Positions 38,175 through 48,675 of a stretch of 64,000 nucleotides of DNA are shown here, one piece after another. This DNA comes from an uncultured Lachnospiraceae bacterium (lineage in GTDB: Bacteria; Bacillota; Clostridia; Lachnospirales; Lachnospiraceae). Under the pieces are notes generated by a model. It made no database searches and was not told the DNA's origin. It saw only the letters and a program-made list of their open reading frames with translations. The stretch is from the NCBI GenBank assembly GCA_910579935.1, contig CAJTVQ010000002.1, positions 60,405 to 124,404 on the forward strand, read 5' to 3'. Within the stretch, counting starts at the first letter, position 1. The number at the start of each line of letters is the position of its first letter. Both the position numbers and the translations under genes were made by a program.

Positions 38175-38215
38175 GGGCGGATACCTGTAACAGTGAAGGC
38201 ACCTGAACTGTTACA
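38175..38215 (+). repeat. Dispersed palindromic repeat, copy 2
   Basis: GGGCGGATACCTGTAACAGTGAAGGCACCTGAACTGTTACA. Confidence 0.9.
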
Positions 38216-38373
38216 GGAATTTTTATACGAGCAATTCGATATGATTCGCATCTAACGTTTATAGATGCAATGGTAATCACGTAAGGCGTGTTGCTGAAGC
38301 AGTAGCTGGGACAGAGAGTAGACTTAGATGCTATTCCGTTATCGTATCTAATATAGAGATTTGGAGAACTTTT

Positions 38374-38420
38374 AAAAGATGATTGGAACATCTTAAGTGT
38401 ATGTACCAATCATCTTTTTT
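38374..38420. terminator. Bidirectional-type terminator
   Basis: AAAAGATGATTGG...CCAATCATCTTTTTT. Confidence 0.75.
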
Positions 38421-38624
38421 GTGTCCTTGTAGAACATCTATGATGTCCGGTACGCGCATTCGGCGCTGGTCGTGCGAAAGAGCACCGGCTGAAAGTATCC
38501 GCTCCATCGAGGAGCAGTTTAAGGTCTGCCATATCATGGCATGTATTTAACATTTTTCTCATTTTTCTGATATATGTTTCCATAAAATATAAATAAAATA
38601 GGAAAAAACAAAGCGATTTGGAAT

Positions 38625-38665
38625 GGGCGGATACCTGTAACAGGGAAGGTATCTGAGCTGTTACA
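38625..38665 (+). repeat. Dispersed palindromic repeat, copy 3
   Basis: GGGCGGATACCTGTAACAGGGAAGGTATCTGAGCTGTTACA. Confidence 0.9.
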
Positions 38666-38682
38666 AAAATAAGCAGGTGTAT

Positions 38683-39654
38683 ATGATGAAAAAAAGAATG
38701 GGTGCAATGTTAATGGCAGCGGCAATTGTTTCTTCCTTATTCATTGGCTGTCAGAAGGCAGATACAGCAGATGGTGTGAAAGTATATTATGCCGCAATAG
38801 AAAGCGGTACTTATTATGAAGGATGGGCGGAGCAGCTGGAAGATCAGGCGAAGATGCGGGGGCTGGAATTTGATGTGGGTTATGCGGAAAATTCCGTTGA
38901 GACGCAGGATGCCCAGATTAAAAATGCTCTTACCCAGGGCTGTGACGTATTTTTGTGCGGACCGGTTTCTTCTGATATTGTGACGGAGCTGAAAGCAGCC
39001 GCAGGAGATACCCCCATGGTATTTATCAACAATGCGCCGGATGAGGGGCAATTGGAAAAAGACCGTTATATTTATGTGGCATCGGATGAATATATGGCAG
39101 GTCAGTATCAGGCGGAATATATCTTGGAAAAACTTGGAGGTAAGGATGAAATTAATATCGTAATATTAAAGGGACCAAAAGGCGCTTCCGGCACCAATGG
39201 CAGGACGAGCGGACTGAAGCAGACGCTGAAGGCAAGCGGTAAAAAAATCAACTATGTATTTGAAGATTTTGCAGATTATAATGAGGAGACTGCCAGAGAA
39301 CTGATGGAGATGTTCTTAAGAACCGGGAGAACGTTTGACTGTGTGGCGGCAAATAATGATGATATGGCGCTTGGTGCGGTTGCAGCCTGTGAAGAAGCAG
39401 GACTTGCCATGGATTCTGTTTTCTTTCTGGGGGTAGATGCTTCGGCTGGCGGATGTCAGGCAATCGCTGACGGAAGAATGGATTTCACGGTATATCAGGC
39501 AATGTCTGACCAGATAGCTGCTGCAGTAAGTGCGGCAGAAAAGCTGGCGGCCGGACAGTCAGTGAAAGAAATAGAAGGTGCCACAGAGGATGGAAAATAT
39601 ATCCTGATTCCTTTTGAAAAGGTAGATGCCGGGAATGTGGAGCAATACAGGTAG
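38683..39654 (+). CDS. Sugar-binding lipoprotein (RbsB/MglB-type periplasmic binding fold)
   Basis: Lipobox FIGC, YVASDE, ANNDDMALGA, GVDA. Confidence 0.88.
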   Translation: MMKKRMGAMLMAAAIVSSLFIGCQKADTADGVKVYYAAIESGTYYEGWAEQLEDQAKMRGLEFDVGYAENSVETQDAQIKNALTQGCDVFLCGPVSSDIVTELKAAAGDTPMVFINNAPDEGQLEKDRYIYVASDEYMAGQYQAEYILEKLGGKDEINIVILKGPKGASGTNGRTSGLKQTLKASGKKINYVFEDFADYNEETARELMEMFLRTGRTFDCVAANNDDMALGAVAACEEAGLAMDSVFFLGVDASAGGCQAIADGRMDFTVYQAMSDQIAAAVSAAEKLAAGQSVKEIEGATEDGKYILIPFEKVDAGNVEQYR

Positions 39655-39711
39655 TCTGTGAATTTATTTACAGCTTGAAAAATTAAGGATATAAAATCCG
39701 GAGGTGTTCCT

Positions 39712-42264
39712 ATGAAAAAGGAGAAGCAGGGGCAGGGAAAGTTTGTTTCAATCAAAACAAAGCTATTGGGGATTATACTGCCTGTAGTAGCTGTGATTGT
39801 AATAGTGCTTGCAGGTCTGTCCTATTATGTATCGAAGAATGTGATTCAGTCAAATGCAGAAGAACTGCTGAAGACATCCGTAGAGAGTCAGGCCACGGAG
39901 ATTGAATCGTGGCTGAATCAGAATCTGACTTCTTTTCAGGTTCAGAAACAGGCGCTGGAGTGGATGAATTTTGACCGTGACCAGATGCAGACTTTTCTCG
40001 ATGCTTATTGCGGTTTTGACAGTGATTATCCGGGCGGGCTGTATGTGGCTGATGCGGACGGCACGCTTTATACCGGGCAGGAAGTGGGAAGACCTGGAAG
40101 GAACGTGGTTTTGCGGGAACCGGATGAGAACGGAAACTATATGAACAATGGTGATTTTGCTGTTTCTGAGGATTTGACAGATGATAAGGGCTGGCAGTTC
40201 CTCACAGCGCTTGAGGGAGAGGCGGCAGCGGAAATCCGGGATCATGAGATTTTCATTCAGACTGATAATGAAGGGACAGTAGATTACAGTGTCCAGCTGG
40301 TGCAGGCGGATCTCCCGGTTCAAAGACAGGGTGTGTACAGGGTCAGCTTTGATGCTTATGCGGACGAAGACAGAACCATGCGTGTGGGCGTATCGGCGCC
40401 TGACCGCGATTATAAGCGTTATCTGGAAGACCAGACGGTCAGTCTGACAACGGAAAAGCAGACTTTTACCTATGAGTTTACCATGACGGATAATCATGAT
40501 GCCAACGGACGTCTGGATTTTAATCTGGGAGCAGCGGGTTCCACCGCGGGAATAAGGATAAGCAATGTGTCAATGGTCAGGGTGGGGGAGGCTGCTTCCA
40601 CAGACAGTCAGGCGGAAGGTTCGGCAGCTGATGTGACACAGACGGAATGGTTTCAGGAAGGGCTTGGCAGAGTAAACATGGGATTTACGAATGCCTATAC
40701 AAAGGAAAACGGAGAGCAGGTCATCAGCGCCTGCGGGATGCTGAAGACGTATTCGGATGATGTGCGCGTGCTTTCGGTCGATTTATCTTTGGATAAAGTC
40801 AGTGTATATGTAAACAGTTTTATTAAAATGGAAGGCGCGGAAGCCTTTTTGGTGAATGCGGAAGATCTTACGATTCTGGCATCCCGGGATACCAGCCTGA
40901 TATCCGCAAAACTGAGTGAACTGGATGACGCGTTTATGCGTGCCGTAGCAGACAAGATATCGCACAATGAACTTGAACTGGCTGAAATATATGGGAATAT
41001 GTCGGTTTTTGAAGAAGTAGAGGGAACGGAGTGGGTACTGGTATCCTATATTCCAACGAAAACTATTTACAGTGATTTGAATCATCTCAGGAATATCATG
41101 ATTCTTTTCGGGGTGGTTTCCGTCATTGCACTGACTATACTGATAGAGCGGATTGTACATATGATTATCAATCCGGTAAAGAGTCTGACGGAGGTTATCA
41201 CTGCCATGACGGATGGTGATTTTACAGTTCACAGCCAGATGGCAGGCAATGATGAAATCGGAGTGATGGGCCGGTGCGTAGAGAAGTTTATTGCTGTTAT
41301 GTGCGGCATGATTGCTTCTATCCATGGTGTTTCCGGTACGCTTCACAGACAGGCGGATGAGAGCAGGGAAATTTCCGGCCAGATGTTTGATGCTTCTAGG
41401 CACCAGAATCAATCCATGAAGGAACTTAATAAAACAGTAGAGGAGCTTTCGATATCCGTAAACGAAATTGCACACAGTGCAACAACACTGGCAACACTTG
41501 TGGAAGAAACGAGAAATGACGGAGAAGGCGTTAACTGCAAAATGAAAGAAACGGTTGATATTTCCCGCAAAGGCAAGGAAGCAATGCAGGATGTAAGTAC
41601 GGCAATGCAGAATATCAACAGTTCCGTGACCAGACTGCAGAGTGCAATCCATAAGGTGGGGAAAGCCTCGGAGGAGATTATAAGTATCACAAGAACAATC
41701 AGCAATATCGCCGAAGAAACCAACCTGCTGTCGCTGAATGCATCGATTGAAGCAGCGCGTGCAGGTGAGGCAGGGAGAGGATTTGCCGTGGTGGCAGTAG
41801 AAGTCGGCAAACTGGCACAGACAAGCGCCGAATCTGTCCGGGATATTGATAACCTGATTCTGGAGATAAAGGCATTAATCGGCGATGTTGTGAATCAGGC
41901 AAACGACAGTGTGGGTAATATCAACAGCAGCAGTGTGCTGATTGGAAATGCAGTAAGAACGTTTGACGTCATTTTTGAAAATATTCTTTCGGTGGGGGAT
42001 TTGGTCCGGCAGATGATACAGAAGGTAGACCGGGTGGAAGATGTGGCAAGGGATGTTGCTGCGATTTCCGAAGAACAGGCGGCAAGCTCCCAGGAGATAC
42101 TGGCATCTTCGGATATTCTGGTGGAACAGGCGGACGGGCTGATGATCCATAGCGAAGATGTGGCGAAAGAATCCGGGGAACTGAAAAATTCCGCACAGGA
42201 ACTGGCACAGCAGATTGGAGTTTTTAAAATTCAGGATGATAAAAATACAGAAAGCAGGGGGTAA
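39712..42264 (+). CDS. Methyl-accepting chemotaxis protein with Cache sensor containing an inserted CBM4-like module
   Basis: TM1, Cache, NNGDF...SVQLVQ...YRVSFDAYA...RLDFNLG...ISNVS, TM2, [31 protein letters not shown]. Confidence 0.9.
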   Translation: MKKEKQGQGKFVSIKTKLLGIILPVVAVIVIVLAGLSYYVSKNVIQSNAEELLKTSVESQATEIESWLNQNLTSFQVQKQALEWMNFDRDQMQTFLDAYCGFDSDYPGGLYVADADGTLYTGQEVGRPGRNVVLREPDENGNYMNNGDFAVSEDLTDDKGWQFLTALEGEAAAEIRDHEIFIQTDNEGTVDYSVQLVQADLPVQRQGVYRVSFDAYADEDRTMRVGVSAPDRDYKRYLEDQTVSLTTEKQTFTYEFTMTDNHDANGRLDFNLGAAGSTAGIRISNVSMVRVGEAASTDSQAEGSAADVTQTEWFQEGLGRVNMGFTNAYTKENGEQVISACGMLKTYSDDVRVLSVDLSLDKVSVYVNSFIKMEGAEAFLVNAEDLTILASRDTSLISAKLSELDDAFMRAVADKISHNELELAEIYGNMSVFEEVEGTEWVLVSYIPTKTIYSDLNHLRNIMILFGVVSVIALTILIERIVHMIINPVKSLTEVITAMTDGDFTVHSQMAGNDEIGVMGRCVEKFIAVMCGMIASIHGVSGTLHRQADESREISGQMFDASRHQNQSMKELNKTVEELSISVNEIAHSATTLATLVEETRNDGEGVNCKMKETVDISRKGKEAMQDVSTAMQNINSSVTRLQSAIHKVGKASEEIISITRTISNIAEETNLLSLNASIEAARAGEAGRGFAVVAVEVGKLAQTSAESVRDIDNLILEIKALIGDVVNQANDSVGNINSSSVLIGNAVRTFDVIFENILSVGDLVRQMIQKVDRVEDVARDVAAISEEQAASSQEILASSDILVEQADGLMIHSEDVAKESGELKNSAQELAQQIGVFKIQDDKNTESRG

Positions 42265-42269
42265 CGCAG

Positions 42270-44987
42270 ATGGAAACCATACGATTTACAGACATGGATG
42301 GAACTTTTTCCATAGAGCAGCCGGAGAATTACAGTTATCTTTATTTTCCGATTGCAGGAGAAAAGGGATTAAAGAGTTCTGTCACGCCAAATTTAGGCGG
42401 CGATAGTAAAATCAATCAGGAGGCTTTTTTACTGGAGCCTGTAAGCGCAGAAAATCTGCATAATAACAGGTCGACAAGGAATTTCTGGTGCATTATAGAA
42501 GGAACCGGATGCTGGTCGGCAGCAGGTGCATCGGCGGAAGCGGAAGATAAGAAATTTTCCGGAGCGCAGGATTCCTGTACACTGACTGCGGGGCTGATGT
42601 GGCAGACGGTGAAGCGAAATTCGGAGAAATATAAACTGGAAGCAGAGATTACCTCTTTTATTCCGGTAGGCGACAATGTGGAAATCATGCATGTGGCGCT
42701 GCGCAATACGGCAAAAACAGAGCAGAAAATCATACCGGTTGCAGCTGTTCCCATTTATGGGAGAAGTGCGGATAATATCAGGGATCATAGAAATGTTACA
42801 TCCATGCTGCACAGAATCCATACACAGCAATATGGTATCACGGTGACGCCCACCATGTCTTTTGATGAAAAAGGGCATCGGAGAAATCATCTGACATATT
42901 TTGTGGCAGGAGCCGCAGGAAATGGCAGGGAACCTGTTTCCTTTTATCCGACGGTGGATGCTTTTATCGGGGAAGGCGGCACTTTTACCCATCCGGAGGC
43001 AGTTTACAGAAACCGGGAGGGTATGCCGCCGGGAGTGGAGACTGCCGGGAAAGAGGCAGTGGGAGGCATCCGTTTTGCGCAGATCACGCTGAAACCGGAG
43101 GAAACCGCAGAATATGTTATCCTCATGGGAATTGCCGGACAGGAAGAAGAAACGGGGGAGATTATCGCAAGATATGCTTCTTCAGTGAAAGCAGAGCAGG
43201 CGCTTAAGGAGGTAAAGGAATACTGGCAGAAGAAAGTAAATGTCAGATATCATACCGGAGATGACCGCTTTGACCTCTTTATGCGGTGGGTAAGTTTCCA
43301 GCCGTTTTTAAGGCGTCTCTACGGATGTTCTTTCCTGCCCCATCATGACTATGGGAGAGGAGGAAGGGGATGGAGGGATTTATGGCAGGACTGCCTTTCC
43401 CTTCTGTTAATGGATCCCGGAGGAGTACGTCAGATGGTGGTCAGCAATTACGGCGGAGTACGGATAGACGGAACCAATGCTACTATTATAGGGAGCGGGC
43501 AGGGGGAATTTATTGCAGACAGAAATGGAATCAGCCGTGTCTGGATGGATCATGGGGTCTGGCCGTTTCTGACAACCAGGCTTTATCTTGACCAGACCGG
43601 AGATTTGGAGATTCTGCTGGAAAAGGTGAACTACTTTAAGGATGCGCAGGCAGCGCGGGGTACGGATATTGACATGGATTGGAAGGACGGATACGGTATG
43701 CGGCAGAAAACTGCAGACGGCAGTGTATATGCAGGAACGATTCTGGAACATCTTCTGGTGGAGCATCTGTGTGCGTTCTATGAAGTGGGGGAGCATAATG
43801 AAATGCGTCTGCGCGGCGCGGATTGGAATGATGCGCTGGATATGGCGGCGGACAACGGTGAGAGTGTAGCGTTTACCTGTGCTTATGCAGGGAATCTGAA
43901 GCAGCTTGCGGACTGTCTGCGTCTGCTAAGAGACAGATTATCCTATACGGAAGCAGAGCTTTTGGAAGAAATCAGTGTTTTACTGAAAGATGATGCGGGA
44001 ATTTATGAAAATACAGAGGCAAAACAGGCTGTCTTAAAGGAGTACACAGATCGGTGCAGGCATAATATCAGCGGGAAGAAGATACAGGTGCCGGTGGACA
44101 GCCTGATAGAAAATCTGACCAATAAAGCGGACTGGCTGATGGAGCACATCCGCAGCACAGAGTGGATTCAGGGAGAAGATGGGGAAGGATGGTTCAACAG
44201 TTATTACGATAACCATAAAAATGCAGTGGAAGGCATTTCCGAAAAAGGCGTACGGATGATGCTGACAGGGCAGGTATTTGCCATTATGAGCGGAACGGCA
44301 TCCGAGGAACAGATAAGTCAGATCTGCAAAAGTGCAGACCATTATCTGTATGACGCTTCCATTGGCGGTTACCGGCTGAATACGGATTTTAAGGAACTTA
44401 AGTTTGATATGGGAAGAATGTTCGGATTTGCGTATGGGGAGAAAGAGAACGGAGCCGTATTTTCCCATATGACGGTAATGTATGCAAATGCGCTTTATAA
44501 AAGAGGATTTGCAAAAGAGGGCTGTCAGGCGCTTCAGACGCTGGCGGATACAGCGCTTGATTTTGACACAAGCAGAATCTATCCCGGTATTCCGGAATAT
44601 TTCAACAGTGAAGGACGGGGGATGTATCATTATCTGACGGGCGCGGCAAGCTGGTATATGATGACTATGATAACGGAAGTATTCGGAGTTCACGGGGAAG
44701 CAGGAGATTTGGTGATAAAACCGAAACTTCTGAAAAAGCAGTTTGATAAAAATAAAACAGCTTCTATCAGCTTCTGTTTTGCAGAGAAAGCCTTTGAAGT
44801 GACTTTAAAAAATACAGAGGACCTGGAATTCGGAGATTACGGAATCGGGGCGGCGGACTGTGACGGGAAGGCATTGCAGACTGCCGATGGGACACAGGTT
44901 CTTATCGGACGGGAGGCAGTGAAGACTATGGATGGCAGTCTGCACAAAATCACCGTAGAGCTGGTACGCCGCATAGACGAGAACTGA
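42270..44987 (+). CDS. GH94 phosphorylase, laminaribiose phosphorylase-like
   Basis: 905 aa; GRGGRGWRDLWQD, ADWNDAL, ENGAVFSH, YLTGAASW. Confidence 0.85.
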   Translation: METIRFTDMDGTFSIEQPENYSYLYFPIAGEKGLKSSVTPNLGGDSKINQEAFLLEPVSAENLHNNRSTRNFWCIIEGTGCWSAAGASAEAEDKKFSGAQDSCTLTAGLMWQTVKRNSEKYKLEAEITSFIPVGDNVEIMHVALRNTAKTEQKIIPVAAVPIYGRSADNIRDHRNVTSMLHRIHTQQYGITVTPTMSFDEKGHRRNHLTYFVAGAAGNGREPVSFYPTVDAFIGEGGTFTHPEAVYRNREGMPPGVETAGKEAVGGIRFAQITLKPEETAEYVILMGIAGQEEETGEIIARYASSVKAEQALKEVKEYWQKKVNVRYHTGDDRFDLFMRWVSFQPFLRRLYGCSFLPHHDYGRGGRGWRDLWQDCLSLLLMDPGGVRQMVVSNYGGVRIDGTNATIIGSGQGEFIADRNGISRVWMDHGVWPFLTTRLYLDQTGDLEILLEKVNYFKDAQAARGTDIDMDWKDGYGMRQKTADGSVYAGTILEHLLVEHLCAFYEVGEHNEMRLRGADWNDALDMAADNGESVAFTCAYAGNLKQLADCLRLLRDRLSYTEAELLEEISVLLKDDAGIYENTEAKQAVLKEYTDRCRHNISGKKIQVPVDSLIENLTNKADWLMEHIRSTEWIQGEDGEGWFNSYYDNHKNAVEGISEKGVRMMLTGQVFAIMSGTASEEQISQICKSADHYLYDASIGGYRLNTDFKELKFDMGRMFGFAYGEKENGAVFSHMTVMYANALYKRGFAKEGCQALQTLADTALDFDTSRIYPGIPEYFNSEGRGMYHYLTGAASWYMMTMITEVFGVHGEAGDLVIKPKLLKKQFDKNKTASISFCFAEKAFEVTLKNTEDLEFGDYGIGAADCDGKALQTADGTQVLIGREAVKTMDGSLHKITVELVRRIDEN

Positions 44988-45047
44988 AGGCATGGACAGC
45001 CCGGTGCGTACCGGTATGGGTTTTGTTTTCCGGAAAATTGAAGCGGG

Positions 45048-45074
45048 GTAACAGTAAGGTATCTGAGCTGTTAC
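45048..45074 (+). repeat. Dispersed palindromic repeat, copy 4 (partial)
   Basis: GTAACAGTAAGGTATCTGAGCTGTTAC. Confidence 0.85.
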
Positions 45075-45089
45075 GGGCAGGGACCACTG

Positions 45090-45830
45090 TTACCACGAAA
45101 TGCGGTAATAGTGGTCGCGGTATTTTTTCGGAGTCACGCCAACCATCTTCTTAAAGGTCTGGATAAAGTGGCTCTGAGAGGAAAATGCCAGATAATTGGC
45201 AATTTCAATCAGGCTGTAATCGGAATATCTTAACAGATGCTGCGCTTTTTCGATTTTCATTTCGCAAATATAATCACTGACGGAAATGTTAAGCTCTTTT
45301 TTAAAAAGCCTGGAAAGATAGCTGGGGGAAAGCCCTGCATGGGCGGCAAGTTCATCTACGGTGATCCGGCAGTTGATGTGGCTGTAGATATAGTCCATGC
45401 ATTGGACGATAGGCTTTGATATCACGGTGCTTTTTTTCACCAGCATCATTTTTCTTGTATAGTCAAGAGCCATTTGCTTGTGAAGTTTTGAAATGGCTTC
45501 AATGGAAGTGCAGGCATCCATTTTCAAAATATAGAAGTCGCTGAGACGGAATGCCTGCTCCAGTTCCATGCCTGCCTCTACACAGCGTCTTGTGATCATG
45601 GCAACTGTGACAACAAAATGATATTTTATATTGGTCAGGGGATTGGTAGAGAGGATACCCATTCCGTCCGGATTGGTAAAAGCGTTTTCCTGGCAGTTCT
45701 TTTGTACAAAGTCTGTGTCCCCGGAACTGACGGCCTGATAAAAAGAATATTCTTCTTCCAATGGGCGGTGGGAGAGAGATTCCTCACTCTTTTGCAGTTC
45801 TTCCTGAAACCATTCATTTCGTAAATTCAT
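45090..45830 (-). CDS. AraC-family regulator
   Basis: LSPSYLSRLFKKE, FSSQSHFIQTFKK. Confidence 0.93.
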   Translation of the reverse strand: MNLRNEWFQEELQKSEESLSHRPLEEEYSFYQAVSSGDTDFVQKNCQENAFTNPDGMGILSTNPLTNIKYHFVVTVAMITRRCVEAGMELEQAFRLSDFYILKMDACTSIEAISKLHKQMALDYTRKMMLVKKSTVISKPIVQCMDYIYSHINCRITVDELAAHAGLSPSYLSRLFKKELNISVSDYICEMKIEKAQHLLRYSDYSLIEIANYLAFSSQSHFIQTFKKMVGVTPKKYRDHYYRISW

Positions 45831-46099
45831 GTTGTTTTCCCTTATTAAGTGTTCTTGATAGGAACGCCGCAGTGCCGCTTGCCCGCGGGCTACGCCCTAT
45901 CAGACATAAGGTGGAAAAAGTGTCAGCAGGCTGCCATTTTTCCATTTTATGTCTGCGCACTGCTCATTGCCTGTGCGTACATTATATCATAATTTTGATA
46001 TTTTTGTATATAACCTTGTATATGGAAGCGGGAGATGGGGCTATAATCGGAACTGTTGAAATTTGAAATCAAATTACATGGAAAATTAAAACAGGGAGG

Positions 46100-48517
46100 A
46101 TGAATATGAAGTTTGGTTATTTTGATGATGCGAAACGGGAATATGTAATTGAAAGGCCGGATACGCCGGCACCTTGGGCAAATTATCTTGGTTCTCCGGA
46201 ATACGGCGCTGTGATTTCCAATAATGCCGGTGGATATAGTTTTGCGAAATCCGGCGCAAATGGCAGGATTCTGCGCTATATTTTCAATAATTTCGATCAG
46301 CCGGGACGCTATATTTATATCCGTGATAATGAGAGCAGGGATTATTGGTCGGCTTCGTGGCAGCCTGTCGGAAAGGAGCTGGAAACTTATAAAAGTGAAT
46401 GCCGGCACGGAACGGCATATACGAGAATGATTGCGGATTACAGTGGGATTCATTCCGAGGTTTCTTATTATGTGCCGCTTCATAAATCTTATGAGGTCTG
46501 GAACCTGAAACTGACGAATCTTTCCGAACTGGAAAGAAATCTGACAATTACAGGCTATGCGGAATTTACCAATGTCAATAACTATGAAAATGATCAGGTG
46601 AATCTGCAGTATTCCCAGTTTATTACCAGAACTTCTTTTGAGGGAAACCGAATCCGTCAGGTGATCCATGGCAATCTGGATTGTTTGGAGGAAGGGGAAG
46701 ATGTAGATGACAAAATTGTGATCGAACGTTTTCTGGGGCTGGCAGGAGCGGAAGTTTCTTCCTACTGCGGAGATAAAGAGAAATTTATCGGGAGGTATCA
46801 CGGCTATGGCAATCCTGACGGTGTAACACGGGGGGAGCTTGGCGGAGAGCTTAATTATAATGAGAACAGCTGCGGCGCTCTTTCTTCACAAATGATATTG
46901 GCGCCGGGCGAATCAGGAAATATTGCTTTTGTTCTGGGGATGAAAAAGGATGCAGAAGCGGAAAATATTCTGAAACAGTATCAGGATCCCGGAGAAGCCT
47001 GCCGGAAAGAGTTGGAGGAGCTGACCGCTTACTGGCATGGAAAACTCTCTCATTTCCAGGTCAGAACTCCCAGTCCGGAATTCAATACCATGATCAATAC
47101 ATGGAATGCCTATAACTGCTTTATGACTTTTATCTGGTCACGTGCGGCTTCATTTATTTACTGCGGTCTCCGCAACGGATACGGATACCGTGATACGGTA
47201 CAGGATATTCAGGGAGTCATCCATCTGGCGCCGGAAATGGCGGTAGAGAAAATCCGTTTTATGCTTTCCGCGCAGGTGGATAACGGAGGAGGTCTGCCGC
47301 TTGTAAAGTTTACCCATCAGGCAGGGCATGAGGATACACCCGATGATCCGTCTTATGTAAAGGAAACGGGTCATCCTGCATATCGGGCAGATGATGCTCT
47401 GTGGCTGTTTCCGACGGTCTATAAATATGTTTCCGAAGCAGGAGATCTTTCCTTTATTGATGAAGTGATCCCTTTTGCCAATAAAGACGAAGGTACGGTG
47501 TATGAACATCTGAAACGTGCCATTGGTTTTTCCATGGATCATTTGGGAAAACATGGTATGCCCGCCGGATTGTATGCGGACTGGAATGACTGTTTAAGGC
47601 TTGGCAAAGAAGGGGAATCTGCTTTTGTGGCGCTGCAGTTTTATTATGCCATGTCAATTATGAAGAAGTTTGCAGCATATAAAGAAGATCAGGATTATAT
47701 CGGTTATCTGGATGAAAAGCAGGAAGAACTTGGAGCAGTCATACAGAAATTGTGCTGGAACGAAGACCGGTTTATCCGCGGCATTACGGAAAAAGGTGAA
47801 GTCATTGGAAAACGTACAGACCCTGAAGCAAATATGTGGCTGAATCCTCAGAGCTGGGCAGTTATCAGCGGACTTGCTACGGACGAACAGTCGGATACGG
47901 CATTGGATACGGTATTTAAAAGACTGAACACGGAATACGGAGCGGTTTTAATGGATCCGCCGTACCATGAACATGCTTTTGACGGTGCGCTTGCCGTGAT
48001 TTACAATCCGGGAACAAAGGAAAATTCAGGTATTTTTTCGCAGTCACAGGGATGGATAATACTTGCGGAGGCATTGCGGGGGCATGGAGAACGGGCTTTT
48101 ACTTATTTCATGGAAAATGCTCCGGCAGCGCAGAATGACCGGGCGGAAATCCGCAGGCTGGAGCCATACTGTTACGGACAGTTTACGGAAGGAAAAGCCA
48201 GTCCGCATTTTGGCCGTTCCCATGTGCACTGGCTGACAGGGACGGCATCTACGGTTATGGTAGGATGCGTGGAAGGAATACTGGGTATGCGTCCCGATTT
48301 CTACGGACTTAAGATTGCGCCCTCCATTCCGAAGGAATGGGAATGCTTTGAAATTGAGAAGGATTTCAGAGGGAACCGTCTGCATATTACAGTTAAAAAC
48401 CCGGAACATGCGGAATCCGGATGCAGGAAGCTAATAGTCAATGGGAAGGAAATAGAAGGAAACTATATTCCGGCAGAATTACTGAAAGAACACTCGGAAA
48501 TTGAACTGATCATGTAA
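46100..48517 (+). CDS. GH94 phosphorylase (chitobiose/cellodextrin phosphorylase-like; substrate uncertain)
   Basis: FGYFDD..REYVI, GYRDTVQD, ADWNDCL, WLTGTAS. Confidence 0.9.
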   Translation: MNMKFGYFDDAKREYVIERPDTPAPWANYLGSPEYGAVISNNAGGYSFAKSGANGRILRYIFNNFDQPGRYIYIRDNESRDYWSASWQPVGKELETYKSECRHGTAYTRMIADYSGIHSEVSYYVPLHKSYEVWNLKLTNLSELERNLTITGYAEFTNVNNYENDQVNLQYSQFITRTSFEGNRIRQVIHGNLDCLEEGEDVDDKIVIERFLGLAGAEVSSYCGDKEKFIGRYHGYGNPDGVTRGELGGELNYNENSCGALSSQMILAPGESGNIAFVLGMKKDAEAENILKQYQDPGEACRKELEELTAYWHGKLSHFQVRTPSPEFNTMINTWNAYNCFMTFIWSRAASFIYCGLRNGYGYRDTVQDIQGVIHLAPEMAVEKIRFMLSAQVDNGGGLPLVKFTHQAGHEDTPDDPSYVKETGHPAYRADDALWLFPTVYKYVSEAGDLSFIDEVIPFANKDEGTVYEHLKRAIGFSMDHLGKHGMPAGLYADWNDCLRLGKEGESAFVALQFYYAMSIMKKFAAYKEDQDYIGYLDEKQEELGAVIQKLCWNEDRFIRGITEKGEVIGKRTDPEANMWLNPQSWAVISGLATDEQSDTALDTVFKRLNTEYGAVLMDPPYHEHAFDGALAVIYNPGTKENSGIFSQSQGWIILAEALRGHGERAFTYFMENAPAAQNDRAEIRRLEPYCYGQFTEGKASPHFGRSHVHWLTGTASTVMVGCVEGILGMRPDFYGLKIAPSIPKEWECFEIEKDFRGNRLHITVKNPEHAESGCRKLIVNGKEIEGNYIPAELLKEHSEIELIM

Positions 48518-48675
48518 CCGTTCAGGCAGATGAAGATTGAGACATCAATTTGATATTTTTAAAACTATTCTTATATATCGTGAGGCGCAAAAAGTATATG
48601 TTATTTATATAAGAATTAACGGAAAGACTGATTTCCGGAATGAAACCATTTACTCATTACAGGAGGTACATATTT

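Noticed and set aside
38240..38545. Known riboswitch (THF, NiCo, c-di-GMP, raiA)
   Set aside because: Only scattered short matches; order and spacing do not fit the consensus models I remember. Kept only as an unknown structured region.
34534..45074. CRISPR array from the 41-bp repeats
   Set aside because: Copies are 0.45-6.4 kb apart and separated by genes; no regular spacers and no cas genes.
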